The notes: a model not told the origin generated them from the sequence alone. Positions 48,301 to 56,778 are shown, numbered from the stretch's first letter. The stretch: DNA of 64,000 nt from an uncultured Geobacteraceae bacterium (GCA_964603155.1 CAZRTZ010000003.1:85-64084); one strand, 5' to 3'. Numbers and translations: made by a program.

Positions 48301-49525
48301 TGGTGTCGATATAACTCGCCCGCAGATAATAACCGGCATCGTAGAGCGCTTCAGACTGCGGACGTTGCGGCCCCGCAGCAATAACATCCGGGCAATCCCA
48401 GTCCTCAGTCCCGTCTGGTCGGGTTCGGGAGGAGCAGGTGTCCATTTCGGGGAGAGCGGCGATAAGTGAACTGGGATCAGAGCCATAGGCCCTGAGTTCC
48501 GCCCCGAGGACGGCCCCCTGATTCTGAGGATTGTAGGTTACAAAGCCGAAATTAACCGACGGGCTGGCCCCGTTGATGGCCGGCGCCAAAGCATCGTAAA
48601 ACGCCTGACGCACCGTGTCCAAAGTCAGTTCGGCGGCACCGGTCTTGTACCCTTCGACGCCCAAGCGCCAGCCGTCCTGACCGGTGAAGCCAGAGACCAA
48701 GGCACCGGTACCATTGATCTCGTGGGTGGGGGTGAGCGTGTCGTCCACCGCCCAGTACATGGTCCAGTCGAGCCGATTGGCGCCGCTGCCTTCGCTCCCC
48801 ACTCCCGGTTCCATGTAGGCCAGAGAAGGGCCGACCACGTTTTGAATCAGCCGGTAATTATGGGTGACCGAGACGACCTGGTCGACCCACTTGCTACCCA
48901 CCCGAACGCGTCTTGTCTCGGTATGAGTATGCTGGATAACCAAGTTATCCTCCGTTGGCGGCGCAACAGTCTCTTGATAGTTCAGATAGTGGCCGGTGGC
49001 ATAGGCCTGCCCGTTCGAGGCGGTCGCGCAGGCACCGGGGGTTCCCTGCCCGCCACCGCCGGCGAGATTGGGAGCCTTTTCCGATCCGCCCCCGGAGTAG
49101 GTACCGAAGTCTCTAAGAATCTCCCGGACATTGACTGTCATGGTCACCATCTGGCCGCTTCCCGGAGGGTTTTCCTCCTGGTAGGTGGCGACACAGGTGA
49201 CACCGTCCACGCGCACCGGGCTGTTACCACCGAGTTCCAAACGGGGGTCGAACAAGCCGTCCTGTCCGGTGTAATAAATCAGGTCATTATTATAGCGGCC
49301 GGAGTAACTGGCTCCGGTATCGTAGCGGTCGCCGGCCGCCTTGGACAGGGTCGAGCGACTGGTGTCGATGACAATGAGCACGTTCGGCGCGGGACGCTGG
49401 TTGGGAACGCCGACGTAGATCCCCGAGTCGCCGAGGTAATCGTCCGGAGGGAGGGCCAGAGCGGGGGCGCTACAGATACCGAGCAACAGCGCGGCTACGC
49501 TCAACAGTGAAATGATTCGGGACAT
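45368..49525 (-). CDS. pilY1: PilY1-family type IV pilus tip adhesin / biogenesis factor
   Basis: 1385 aa. Signal peptide, vWA-like MIDAS DTSRS (49352-49366), C-terminal propeller with Ca-loop-like DYDGDGNIE (46865-46891) and DWDDDGYAD...GDTGGQMWRF (46223-46249). Confidence 0.85.
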   Translation of the reverse strand: MSRIISLLSVAALLLGICSAPALALPPDDYLGDSGIYVGVPNQRPAPNVLIVIDTSRSTLSKAAGDRYDTGASYSGRYNNDLIYYTGQDGLFDPRLELGGNSPVRVDGVTCVATYQEENPPGSGQMVTMTVNVREILRDFGTYSGGGSEKAPNLAGGGGQGTPGACATASNGQAYATGHYLNYQETVAPPTEDNLVIQHTHTETRRVRVGSKWVDQVVSVTHNYRLIQNVVGPSLAYMEPGVGSEGSGANRLDWTMYWAVDDTLTPTHEINGTGALVSGFTGQDGWRLGVEGYKTGAAELTLDTVRQAFYDALAPAINGASPSVNFGFVTYNPQNQGAVLGAELRAYGSDPSSLIAALPEMDTCSSRTRPDGTEDWDCPDVIAAGPQRPQSEALYDAGYYLRASYIDTNGAILSKQDININAQVAKPNPCGYNHIIFLTNGLPNQDTNTPDIGDWDGDGYETDSEDYGLGTHWIDDVAYFLKHEATVNGVPNGPNNPGITTHVVLAFQNDDILMRRTATNGGGAFYNVFNTEQLAKALQEIIVNIVSESNTAFVAPVVPASSTNRTISSNRVYLGLFKPQSNAPWRGNLKKYKVSSGNELLDVHGHRATNTAGDFIYSQSYWGTATFAGVEKILSAEDPRLRNVVSPSYNPNLSPGDTGYASPDPDGGDGGIVDAGGIGGTLLARDFSTNPRKIITFLSSSNSAVTTGEPDLMASQNAFSTANTSCGGSNCITPATLGVADDAARDRLIDYLHGYNSLGPVYPTTAKREWILGDILHSKPLVFNYTKYSDNVEGTCYASGSTSLPIPTHTTGQPPPNSSYNTTFIFVGANDGMMHAFRDCDGEEVWAFIPPLLLDDLRYYPQQGHEYFVDAPPSLYIHDYDGDGNIEPDNGDKVVLLFGLRRGGGNAYLTPNDPRGAYYALDVTDPLNPKGMWQRTFSELGETWSQPRLAKVKDGTTDKVVMFVGAGYDNNEDRRWGNTQNFPVSTVSSPVNPITNTDTTVATNDGDPGVSNAGVTSATGGSQLNPKGRGLYAIEIASLSKDANLKYVPSFSQSGNLVWAYVYGESTTTTNASNIATNSNLTFSIPSDLAVLDWDDDGYADRIYVGDTGGQMWRFNLPLTTVAGVRQGVKANWTGDVIFRSNPGSDSTNGHKIFYRPSVARNGSHAMLYFGTGDREHPLNLASHDRMYMLFDRGQGLANPADGMGVKTESNLIDVTDNTLQESSDSTAINNVFNALYADSNYGWYIRLENPGEKMLAPPVIFFGQAFYTTYAPLTSGQSNCEVGNLGTSRLYHLDFRTGEAVYNYVADNTQSAPSGNERALKDGAILMKADRVRVLGEGIPSGIVTLMDASGKVTMMISASNRVGTYAAPDVKLITPVYWMQWNN

Positions 49526-49528
49526 GGC

Positions 49529-50131
49529 TCAACCTCCCCCGGACGTGCGGAAAATGGTGTCGTCATCCAGCTTGAACAGGCGAACGATACTGGCATTGAC
49601 GTGGGTGACGGTAACGGTCTTGTTGGCAACCTTAGCCAGGTAACTGGCCTTGGGATTCTTGTCGGTGGCGTTGGTATAGGTCGGCGAGGGAGTCCCCACC
49701 TTGACCTGTACCTGATAGTAGTTGGCGGCGAAATCGCTGCCGAACATCCCCGCGGCGCCGGCCGGCATTTCTCCGGGGCCCAAATCGGTGACTGTCCCTT
49801 CGATGATCCCGGCGTTGTTATTGTTGATCAGGGTACGCCAAGGGACGTTGGTGGCGGTGACATTCGCCGGATCATGCAACTCGAGAGTGGCCGAGCCAGG
49901 GGACATGCCGGCCAGTTGGATGATCAGATCGCGGTTCAGGGCGTATTCGACGGCGCGGTCAGCAACATTGAAGGCACGCTTCTCGGGAACCACCTTGCCG
50001 GCACTCACCATCCCCTCGTTGGCATAGCGGATGACCACCGCACCGATGATACTGAGAATCCCCAGAAAGGCGATGGCCAGGATCAGCGCCATCCCCCGTT
50101 CTCCCCGTCGCGTTTGTCTGCGATTACACAT
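49529..50131 (-). CDS. pilX: PilX-like minor pilin / pilus assembly protein
   Basis: 200 aa. RGERGMALILAIAFLGILSIIGAVVI, a PilX_N-type hydrophobic N-terminus; synteny between pilW and pilY1. Confidence 0.7.
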   Translation of the reverse strand: MCNRRQTRRGERGMALILAIAFLGILSIIGAVVIRYANEGMVSAGKVVPEKRAFNVADRAVEYALNRDLIIQLAGMSPGSATLELHDPANVTATNVPWRTLINNNNAGIIEGTVTDLGPGEMPAGAAGMFGSDFAANYYQVQVKVGTPSPTYTNATDKNPKASYLAKVANKTVTVTHVNASIVRLFKLDDDTIFRTSGGG

Positions 50132-50146
50132 AAGGCTGCCCTCGTC

Positions 50147-51085
50147 TCAGAAGCTGTTGCGCAGATTCACCGAAGTGGTAAGGGTTCGAGTCTTTTGACC
50201 CAACTCTGCCTCACCGGCTTTCATCGCTGCAATCACCCCAGTCGCAGTAATATCGACCCGTTTGACCACGCCACCAGTCGATTTGCCGTAGGCAAAATTG
50301 ATCGACGTCACACCTCTAGCCAAATTTTGTGTGACACCGTTAACTATTCGCTCGAGAGTCCCATTGTTGACCCGATAGCGAATTGTGTGCATCGGCAATC
50401 CCGTGGCTCCGACGATCACCAATCCATTCGACGTTGAGGAGTCAAGCACTGTATTATTGATAACGAAGGTCTTGGTCGCACTGTTGCAGTTACTCAAGGT
50501 ATTCGCCGCTGCGGGCGTCATTTCGCAGGCATCACTGGCACAGCCCAATTCTCGCATCGAAACCGGATTAAAAACTCGCACGGACGCCACCTTGACGGTG
50601 TTGCCGCTGCAGAAGTTGTTGAACATATCCTGATGGGAAGGGGTGATGGTCCAGTTCCCACTAGATCCGGCGACCCCGTCGATCACCGCGAAAGCATTGC
50701 CGGAAACCCGGGTGCGGATGGTCAGGTCGTTAGTATCCTCGGTAATGTCGTCCCCCTGCCAGAAAATCGGCCCCGCAGCCATGTTGTCGGTAGCGGTATC
50801 CCCCTTCCAGTAAGACGGACACGCGGCATTGGTAACAACCGGATCAAAGGCCGGATCGACCAGAAAACCGGCCATTAACAGATCCTTGGTCATTACATTC
50901 AAGGCCAGATTCAAATTTGACTGCACATCGGTGGCATTCGACTGCATCTTCATCGACTGTTGGGTCGGGATGATGAAACTCATGATCGCCAGCATGACGA
51001 CACTGAGGATCGCCATGACGACAATCGCTTCGATCAGGGTAAAGCCCCGGTTACCGGCATAGCGCATGGAAATTTTCCGGCCCAT
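50147..51085 (-). CDS. pilW: PilW-like minor pilin (prepilin-type N-terminal methylation domain)
   Basis: 312 aa. NRG/FTLIEAIVVMAILSVVMLAI. The start could also be the ATG at 51067. Confidence 0.7.
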   Translation of the reverse strand: MGRKISMRYAGNRGFTLIEAIVVMAILSVVMLAIMSFIIPTQQSMKMQSNATDVQSNLNLALNVMTKDLLMAGFLVDPAFDPVVTNAACPSYWKGDTATDNMAAGPIFWQGDDITEDTNDLTIRTRVSGNAFAVIDGVAGSSGNWTITPSHQDMFNNFCSGNTVKVASVRVFNPVSMRELGCASDACEMTPAAANTLSNCNSATKTFVINNTVLDSSTSNGLVIVGATGLPMHTIRYRVNNGTLERIVNGVTQNLARGVTSINFAYGKSTGGVVKRVDITATGVIAAMKAGEAELGQKTRTLTTSVNLRNSF

Positions 51086-51093
51086 GTCCCCCC

Positions 51094-51522
51094 CTAGAAA
51101 GTACGCTTCAGCGTCGCCATGTCGACCAGACGCTGCCGTTGACCCAAAACGTTCATGACCGCCCCGGCACTGGCAACATGGACCGTAATCTGTGAAAGTC
51201 CTTCCACCCCGCCATGGTCGGTCGTGACATCGTAAGTGACGTTATAAGTGCCGGCACCGGCAATCGTATACGGACTTCCCGTCCAGACCGTCCCATTAGA
51301 GGGAGACGTAAAACGCACATCGTCGGAATTGGCCATGGAAATTTCTTCGATGATTTTCTGTGCCAGTTGGTTCGCCACCATAATGGAATCCCCTTGGGCA
51401 TTGGATTTCATCGCGCTGATCTGCACCTCGGCCAGACCAAGCAGACCGATTGCCAGAATCACTATCGCAACCAGTAACTCAACCAGCGAAAAACCTGCCT
51501 GGCCATCCGGTTTCTCAATCAT
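51094..51522 (-). CDS. pilV: PilV-like minor pilin
   Basis: Start at the ATG after GGAGGAAAAA (MIEKPDGQAG/FSLVELLVAIVILAIGLLGLAEVQ), 142 aa. The 223-aa ORF-track version adds a non-pilin extension across the promoter. Confidence 0.75.
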   Translation of the reverse strand: MIEKPDGQAGFSLVELLVAIVILAIGLLGLAEVQISAMKSNAQGDSIMVANQLAQKIIEEISMANSDDVRFTSPSNGTVWTGSPYTIAGAGTYNVTYDVTTDHGGVEGLSQITVHVASAGAVMNVLGQRQRLVDMATLKRTF

Positions 51523-51559
51523 TTTTTCCTCCATAAGGGCTGCAGCATGTCGGGAATGG

Positions 51560-51575
51560 AGCAATTTCCGCACCA
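51560..51575 (-). promoter_or_regulatory. Sigma-54 (-24/-12) promoter of the pilVWX-pilY1 operon
   Basis: Minus strand reads TGGTGC-GGAAA-TTGCT, a near-consensus match to TGGCAC-N5-TTGCW. The -12 element lies about 38 nt upstream of the pilV ATG. Confidence 0.55.
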
Positions 51576-51684
51576 GAATGAATCCTGTCAAATTTAGCGC
51601 TAACTCGCTTAATTTCAATGGGTCAATAGTTAGCAATACGCGTTTTTTAGATAGCAGATGTGCAAGAGTTGCGTGGGGGAGAGT

Positions 51685-51757
51685 CCGTGACGGAGAAACC
51701 GTGATCCGTGATCCGTGATGCGGAGAAGGTATGGGGAGCGAAGGACGAGGGGGAGCG
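51685..51757. repeat. Heptanucleotide tandem array (CCGTGAC GGAGAAA CCGTGAT CCGTGAT CCGTGAT GCGGAGA ...) just downstream of mazF
   Basis: Three perfect CCGTGAT units flanked by degenerate 7-nt units, read on the plus strand. Confidence 0.75.
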
Positions 51758-51761
51758 TGGC

Positions 51762-52094
51762 TCAAGAAGAGAGGAGTGTTTCCAGTTTTGCAAGGACTTC
51801 CGCCAGAACCGTCGGTTCGACAACGGCCTTTTTTTCAGCACGCCGCGCCCGCCAATCCAGATTTTTTATATGGTCGGCCAAGACTACTCCCTGTTTGCCG
51901 CCAGCTCGCGTAATAACTTCAAAAGGGTAACCCTTGATAGCTGTCGTCAGTGGGCAGCAGAGCATCAGACCGGTGACCCGATTGTACTGCTGAGGAGAAA
52001 GGACCAAAGCCAGGCGGCGTCCGGCCTGTTCGTGCCCAGCCTGGGGATCGAAATTAAGCCAGACGACATCCCCGCGTTGAGGAACATAAGGCAT
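51762..52094 (-). CDS. mazF: MazF/PemK-family endoribonuclease toxin
   Basis: 110 aa. MPYVPQRGDVVWLNFDPQAGHEQAGRRLALVLSP...PLTTAIKGYPFEV. Confidence 0.9.
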   Translation of the reverse strand: MPYVPQRGDVVWLNFDPQAGHEQAGRRLALVLSPQQYNRVTGLMLCCPLTTAIKGYPFEVITRAGGKQGVVLADHIKNLDWRARRAEKKAVVEPTVLAEVLAKLETLLSS

Positions 52095-52333
52095 TACCAG
52101 ATTTCTCCACCAACCGGATGGCCCGTATTGGTTTCACCATGCTTATTCTCGTTCGTAACTCGTGCCAACAGCTCATCCAGACAGTACCTGCCGCCGACGA
52201 CGCGCAGTACAATTTCATGATCACGCACGCTGATTTCAACCGGCGTATCGAGTCGCACCTCAGCCTCATCGGCCAATGCCTTGGGTAAGCGTACCGCCAG
52301 GCTGTTTCCCCACTTCTGCACTTTCGCCAACAT
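52094..52333 (-). CDS. mazE: MazE-family antitoxin (AbrB/SpoVT fold)
   Basis: Start MLAKVQKWGNSLAVRLPKAL after GGAGG. TAATG 1-nt overlap with mazF. Confidence 0.88.
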   Translation of the reverse strand: MLAKVQKWGNSLAVRLPKALADEAEVRLDTPVEISVRDHEIVLRVVGGRYCLDELLARVTNENKHGETNTGHPVGGEIW

Positions 52334-52403
52334 AAGCACCTCCGTTGAGACCGAAAGGGATAGAGTCACAGTAGCAGCGTATACACAATGTGTCAACGCT
52401 TGG

Positions 52404-52450
52404 CAGTGAAAACCGTTACGAGTGACGAAAAGACCGTGACGCGTGATTAG
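52404..52450. repeat. Heptamer-family repeat upstream of mazE, related to 51685-51757
   Basis: cagtgaaaaccgttacgagtgacgaaaagaccgtgacgcgtgattag. 21 of 26 positions are identical between 52422-52447 and 51687-51712 by hand alignment. Confidence 0.6.
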
Positions 52451-52455
52451 AACCT

Positions 52456-53655
52456 TCAGATAAAGTTGAACCAGGGCCTTACCTGGGCCTGCCCACGCTG
52501 ACTGGCGGATCCCCCACCGTAGACCATCAATCCCTCACCCGCTGCCGGCGCCCCCAGGTTGCAAAAGAATTTCAAGCCGCCAAAGAGCGATCCATCCAGG
52601 GTTTCGCTCGATTTGATCTCGATCGGGAACAGAGTCGCGCCGAAATCGACCAGCACATCGATCTCATGCCCGGTCCGGTCTCTCCAAAAATGAAGAGGGG
52701 GCGTCTCTCCCCGATGGGCAAAGACCTTCAGCAGCTCCGACACAATGAACGTTTCAAAGATCGCCCCCTTCATGGCGTGGGTCATGATTTCGGCAGGGGA
52801 GCGAATCCTCAGCAGGTAGCAGAGCAGACCGCTGTCGACAAAATACAACTTGGGGGTTTTCATCAGGCGCTTGGAAAAATTGGTGAAATGCGGGGGGAGC
52901 AGATGGACGACGAAACCCGCCTGGAGGATCGACAGCCAGCTGCGTGCCGTGGTGTGGGAAACGCCGGCGTCCTGGGCCAGAGACGAGAGATTCAGCAACT
53001 GCCCGCTTCTGCCGGCACAGAGACGAACAAACCGCTGAAAACCGTCAAGGTTGCCGATATTCACAAGTTCCCGCACATCCCGTTCAATGTACGTTCGATA
53101 ATAAGCCGAATACCAGTCAAGCGGCTCCGGCGCCCTATCGTGAACCGGTGGATACATCCCCTTGAAGATAATTTCCTCGACGGAAAAACCCGGGGCAGCA
53201 GCCAGTGGCCCGAAATTTTTGCCGATACTCCAGGGATCGGGGCTCTCTCTGCAAAGAAGCTCATCGAGGCTGAACGGATAGAGATTCACCAGTGCCGTAC
53301 GTCCGGCAAGCGTCTGCGTCACCTTTTCCATCAAATGGAACTGGTGTGATCCGGTCAGAACGAATCTTCCTGGTTTTTTTTCACGATCGACTATTCCCTG
53401 GATGCAGGATAAAAGCACCGGTGCACGCTGGACTTCGTCAAGAATGACACCACCGCTAAACCGCCGCAGATAGCCGTTGGGGTCCGCCAGTGCCGCATCG
53501 CGCTCATTCGGATCTTCCAGGGACACATACTCGTGACAGTCGAAAACCATCCGGGCCAATGTGGTTTTCCCCGACTGACGCGGCCCGGTGATAGACAGAA
53601 CCGGGAAGTGGCGGGAGAGAGATAAAAGCTTTGGGGCAAGGGTACGTTTTAGCAT
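52456..53655 (-). CDS. AAA+ ATPase of the AAA_14/DUF4143 type
   Basis: Start at MLKRTLAPKLLSL. Walker A GPRQSGKTT, Walker B ILDEVQ, C-terminal restriction-endonuclease-like region (HFWRDRTGHEIDVLV). Confidence 0.8.
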   Translation of the reverse strand: MLKRTLAPKLLSLSRHFPVLSITGPRQSGKTTLARMVFDCHEYVSLEDPNERDAALADPNGYLRRFSGGVILDEVQRAPVLLSCIQGIVDREKKPGRFVLTGSHQFHLMEKVTQTLAGRTALVNLYPFSLDELLCRESPDPWSIGKNFGPLAAAPGFSVEEIIFKGMYPPVHDRAPEPLDWYSAYYRTYIERDVRELVNIGNLDGFQRFVRLCAGRSGQLLNLSSLAQDAGVSHTTARSWLSILQAGFVVHLLPPHFTNFSKRLMKTPKLYFVDSGLLCYLLRIRSPAEIMTHAMKGAIFETFIVSELLKVFAHRGETPPLHFWRDRTGHEIDVLVDFGATLFPIEIKSSETLDGSLFGGLKFFCNLGAPAAGEGLMVYGGGSASQRGQAQVRPWFNFI

Positions 53656-53706
53656 GTCGGCATAATACAAAGGCGCCAGTATCATGTCAAATTGAAAGTC
53701 TGGGAT

Positions 53707-54783
53707 TCAATTTGACATGATACTGGCGGAGATCGCCGCGGTCACCTCTTCCACGCCGATCTCCTGCATGCAGCGTCCATTGTGGGGGCAGGGAGGGGTG
53801 GTACCGAAACGCGAGCAGTCCGGGCAGTTCGTCGGGCGCAGGACCAGATGCCGGTCGCCGCGCGGCCCCCACTTGGTCGCGGAGCTTGGCCCGAACAAAC
53901 TGACCGTGGGACGGCCGAGTCCTGCGGCGATATGCAGCACGCCGGAATCACCGCTGACCACCACCGCCGCCCGCCCCAGAACCGCGGCCGTCTCCACCAG
54001 GCTGGTCATGCCGACGAGGTTGACAACGTCCGCCCCGGCGATGCGCCCGGCAACCTCCTCCTCCCCTGCCCCACCGATCAGCACAACCTTGAAACTTTGC
54101 TCCGCGCACCACTTTACGACCTCACGGAAGCGGTCCTCTCCCCAGCGCTTCTCCGGAATGCTCGCCCCCGGGAAAATAATTACCAGTGGAGACGGGTCCT
54201 CCGCCGGCATCAGCTTGGCAACAGTCTCCCTGGCGAGGTCGGGGACAAAAAGCCAAGGCACAGGGGGGAGAGCGGCGCTGATGCCGAGAGGCTCGACCAG
54301 GCGCAGAAAGCTGTTGGCCTCGTAGTCCTCGAGAGCATAGCTGATGGCATGGGTGAACAGCCGGTGGCGCTGATTGGTCGAAAAACCGATCTTGACCGGG
54401 GCACGCACCACCCGGGCGACGACGGCGGAGAGGCGATGCCACTGCTCGCTGTCGATGACCACGTCGTAGCGGTTCCGCAGTACCCGCAGCAACTGACCCG
54501 GACGATCATAATGGTAAACGTGGCGGAGGCCTGGGCAGAGTGCGAAGACCCCGGCATTGCGGCGCTCGGCGAGGATATCGATACTCGCCTCCGGGAAATG
54601 TTCCTTCAGGGCCTGGATGGCCGGTACCAACAGCACAGCGTCGCCGATGCCACCGGGGCGGATGAGGAGGATGGAGCGAGGGGCCATCTCCACCCCATCC
54701 ATCGCGGACGGACGCGGCAAAAGTCGCACAAGAGCCGACCCCAGACAGCGATCAGCGAATTTTAGGAGGCGAACGTAAGGCAT
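53707..54783 (-). CDS. Glycosyltransferase family 9 (LPS heptosyltransferase-like)
   Basis: 358 aa. ILLIRPGGIGDAVLLVPAIQAL and GDSGVLHIAAGLGRPTVSLFGPS. Confidence 0.82.
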   Translation of the reverse strand: MPYVRLLKFADRCLGSALVRLLPRPSAMDGVEMAPRSILLIRPGGIGDAVLLVPAIQALKEHFPEASIDILAERRNAGVFALCPGLRHVYHYDRPGQLLRVLRNRYDVVIDSEQWHRLSAVVARVVRAPVKIGFSTNQRHRLFTHAISYALEDYEANSFLRLVEPLGISAALPPVPWLFVPDLARETVAKLMPAEDPSPLVIIFPGASIPEKRWGEDRFREVVKWCAEQSFKVVLIGGAGEEEVAGRIAGADVVNLVGMTSLVETAAVLGRAAVVVSGDSGVLHIAAGLGRPTVSLFGPSSATKWGPRGDRHLVLRPTNCPDCSRFGTTPPCPHNGRCMQEIGVEEVTAAISASIMSN

Positions 54784-54992
54784 GGCCGGCGAAAGTCATC
54801 GTAACCTTAACAAGCGGTCGGAAACGAATAGAGAAAACGAATCATTTATGCTATGCCTTGAGAAGGCACGAATTCCTGCGGCCATTTTGCTATCGACCTG
54901 CGGGAAATAATGCCAGAAAACCTGGCCGGCAACACGGGCACCACCCCTTAGCCGCAATTCCCAATCGGATTCATTTCCCAGAGAAGTTTGTA

Positions 54993-55832
54993 ATGGCTTG
55001 CTACAACTGCCGAACCACAGACAGTGCCTATTATGCTGAAGAAAACGGGTACACGCTCATAAAATGCGCCGGGTGCGGTCTGGTCTACCTTAAAAATCCG
55101 CCGGGGTTAAGCGAGATCACTCAGGCACATGTCCAAGGTTTGCATCATGGAGAAAAAACCATTCAGACAACCGGGAAATACAACCCTGCTGCGATCAAAC
55201 GATATCGGCGAGTTTTAAGGGATCTTTTCCCCGCCGGGTTTTACGACAACTGCAGTTGGCTCGATATCGGCTGTGGCCACGGTGAGTTTATCGAAGCACT
55301 AACCCAGGCCGGTCCGAACTCGCTTCATATCGTTGGTTCCGAGCCAAACATTCACAAGCAGCACTCTGCCTCTGCACGCGGACTTGACGTCAGTTTTATC
55401 GACCTGGACTCTCACGAGAGATTCTACAATGGTGTTTCCCTGCTGAACGTCTACTCCCACCTTCCCGATCCTCCGGCATTCCTGGCAAAAATAAGGAATA
55501 TCCTCGCACCGGACGGAGAACTGCTCCTGGAAACCGGGGACACTGCTCGATTTTCTGCCGCGGATCACTACCGCCCGTTTTACCTGCCGGACCACATTAG
55601 CTTCGCCTCGGAAGAAATCGTCACAGACATCTTGCGCAGGGTCGGGTTCGAAATCGTTGCCGTGAGAAAATATCCTCACCCCGATGTCGAGTTGTCCCCG
55701 GTCAGGCTCGGCAAGGAACTTATTAAAGTTTTCCTGCCCCACATGAAATCAAGACTGACGACCTTATTTTCCGACGCATGTAAATACTCTGCGACCGATA
55801 TGTATATCAGGGCCAGAAAAATCAGCGCTTAA
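54993..55832 (+). CDS. Class I SAM-dependent methyltransferase with N-terminal Cys4 zinc ribbon
   Basis: Start [10 protein letters not shown]...[12 protein letters not shown] motif [11 protein letters not shown]. Confidence 0.78.
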   Translation: MACYNCRTTDSAYYAEENGYTLIKCAGCGLVYLKNPPGLSEITQAHVQGLHHGEKTIQTTGKYNPAAIKRYRRVLRDLFPAGFYDNCSWLDIGCGHGEFIEALTQAGPNSLHIVGSEPNIHKQHSASARGLDVSFIDLDSHERFYNGVSLLNVYSHLPDPPAFLAKIRNILAPDGELLLETGDTARFSAADHYRPFYLPDHISFASEEIVTDILRRVGFEIVAVRKYPHPDVELSPVRLGKELIKVFLPHMKSRLTTLFSDACKYSATDMYIRARKISA

Positions 55833-56572
55833 AGCCCGGAGAAGATCACCGGCCTTATCAGGCCAAGTTTGCTTAGGCGAAATTGAAACGAGACTTTGAG
55901 AACACCCAACCCGTATACTATGCTGCGCTGAAGGTTGATTGACGATGCTTCCGGGAAATATTTGGTCGGGCAGGATATTTCGCCGATGCTGAAGCCACGA
56001 TAGATCGCCTGGGCAAGCATCTGGTTGTCAAAGATAAAATCATCGGAATTGCGCTCCAACGGCAGGGTTTCGAGAACCTCACGAGAAAACGCCCGGTAGC
56101 CGGTGTGGTATTCTGAAAGTTTTTTGCGTAGAAGCAGATTCTGCACAAGGGTCAGAAAACGGTTAGAGACATATTTATAAAATGGCATTCCCCCTTGGAG
56201 CGCCCCCTCGGATAAGATACGTGAACCAAGCACGACATCATACTGCCCCACAGCGATGAGCGACCCCATTGCTACGAGCAACTTCGGCGTGTACTGGTAA
56301 TCGGGGTGCAGCATAATTACAATATCGGCACCCCGCTCCAGTGCCTGCCGATAGCAAGTTTTCTGGTTGCCTCCATAGCCGAGGTTCTGTGGGTGAACGA
56401 CCGTGTGAATCCCCAGGGAGCGTGAGAGCAAAGCCGTATTATCAACACTGGCGTCATCAACGAGAACAACATCGTCAATGTACTCTCGTGGGATTTCTTC
56501 GAGCGTCTGCCTGATAGTTTTTTCAGCGTTATAGGCCGGCATGACCACGCAGATTTTCTTGCCATGAATCAT
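55829..56572 (-). CDS. GT2 glycosyltransferase, DPM1/polyprenyl-phosphate sugar synthase-like
   Basis: 247 aa. [45 protein letters not shown]. Confidence 0.75.
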   Translation of the reverse strand: MIHGKKICVVMPAYNAEKTIRQTLEEIPREYIDDVVLVDDASVDNTALLSRSLGIHTVVHPQNLGYGGNQKTCYRQALERGADIVIMLHPDYQYTPKLLVAMGSLIAVGQYDVVLGSRILSEGALQGGMPFYKYVSNRFLTLVQNLLLRKKLSEYHTGYRAFSREVLETLPLERNSDDFIFDNQMLAQAIYRGFSIGEISCPTKYFPEASSINLQRSIVYGLGVLKVSFQFRLSKLGLIRPVIFSGL

Positions 56573-56778
56573 TTATACTCTCCACCGATTAGTAGTTTTT
56601 TGCGAGGACGATAGGACTGACTCCCACAGAGCAGGCAGCGACTGGCAAATGTCATAGATTTTTGCACCGGAGTGAAATCGTTTCGATTGAGCGTACTGAT
56701 TTATATTGCCGTCAAAACACCTTAGCCCCATGATTCACCGTGATATTTCGATTGAAGCATAAAGCCAGGAATCAATAT

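Noticed and set aside
51685-51757. Heptamer arrays considered as a CRISPR array or minisatellite-encoded peptide
   Set aside because: Units are only 6-8 nt with no spacers, far below CRISPR repeat size. No cas genes are present, and no consistent ORF spans the arrays.
51523-51765. N-terminal 81-residue extension of the pilV ORF (223-aa version in the ORF track)
   Set aside because: The extension has no pilin features and runs through the sigma-54 promoter and the heptamer repeat. A strong GGAGGA RBS precedes the internal ATG at 51522, which gives a normal short prepilin leader (MIEKPDGQAG/F).
56573-56778. TGGCAAATGTCATAGATTTTTGCA in the GT2/GT-C divergent spacer as a sigma-54 promoter
   Set aside because: The GG to GC spacing is 18 nt, incompatible with -24/-12 geometry.
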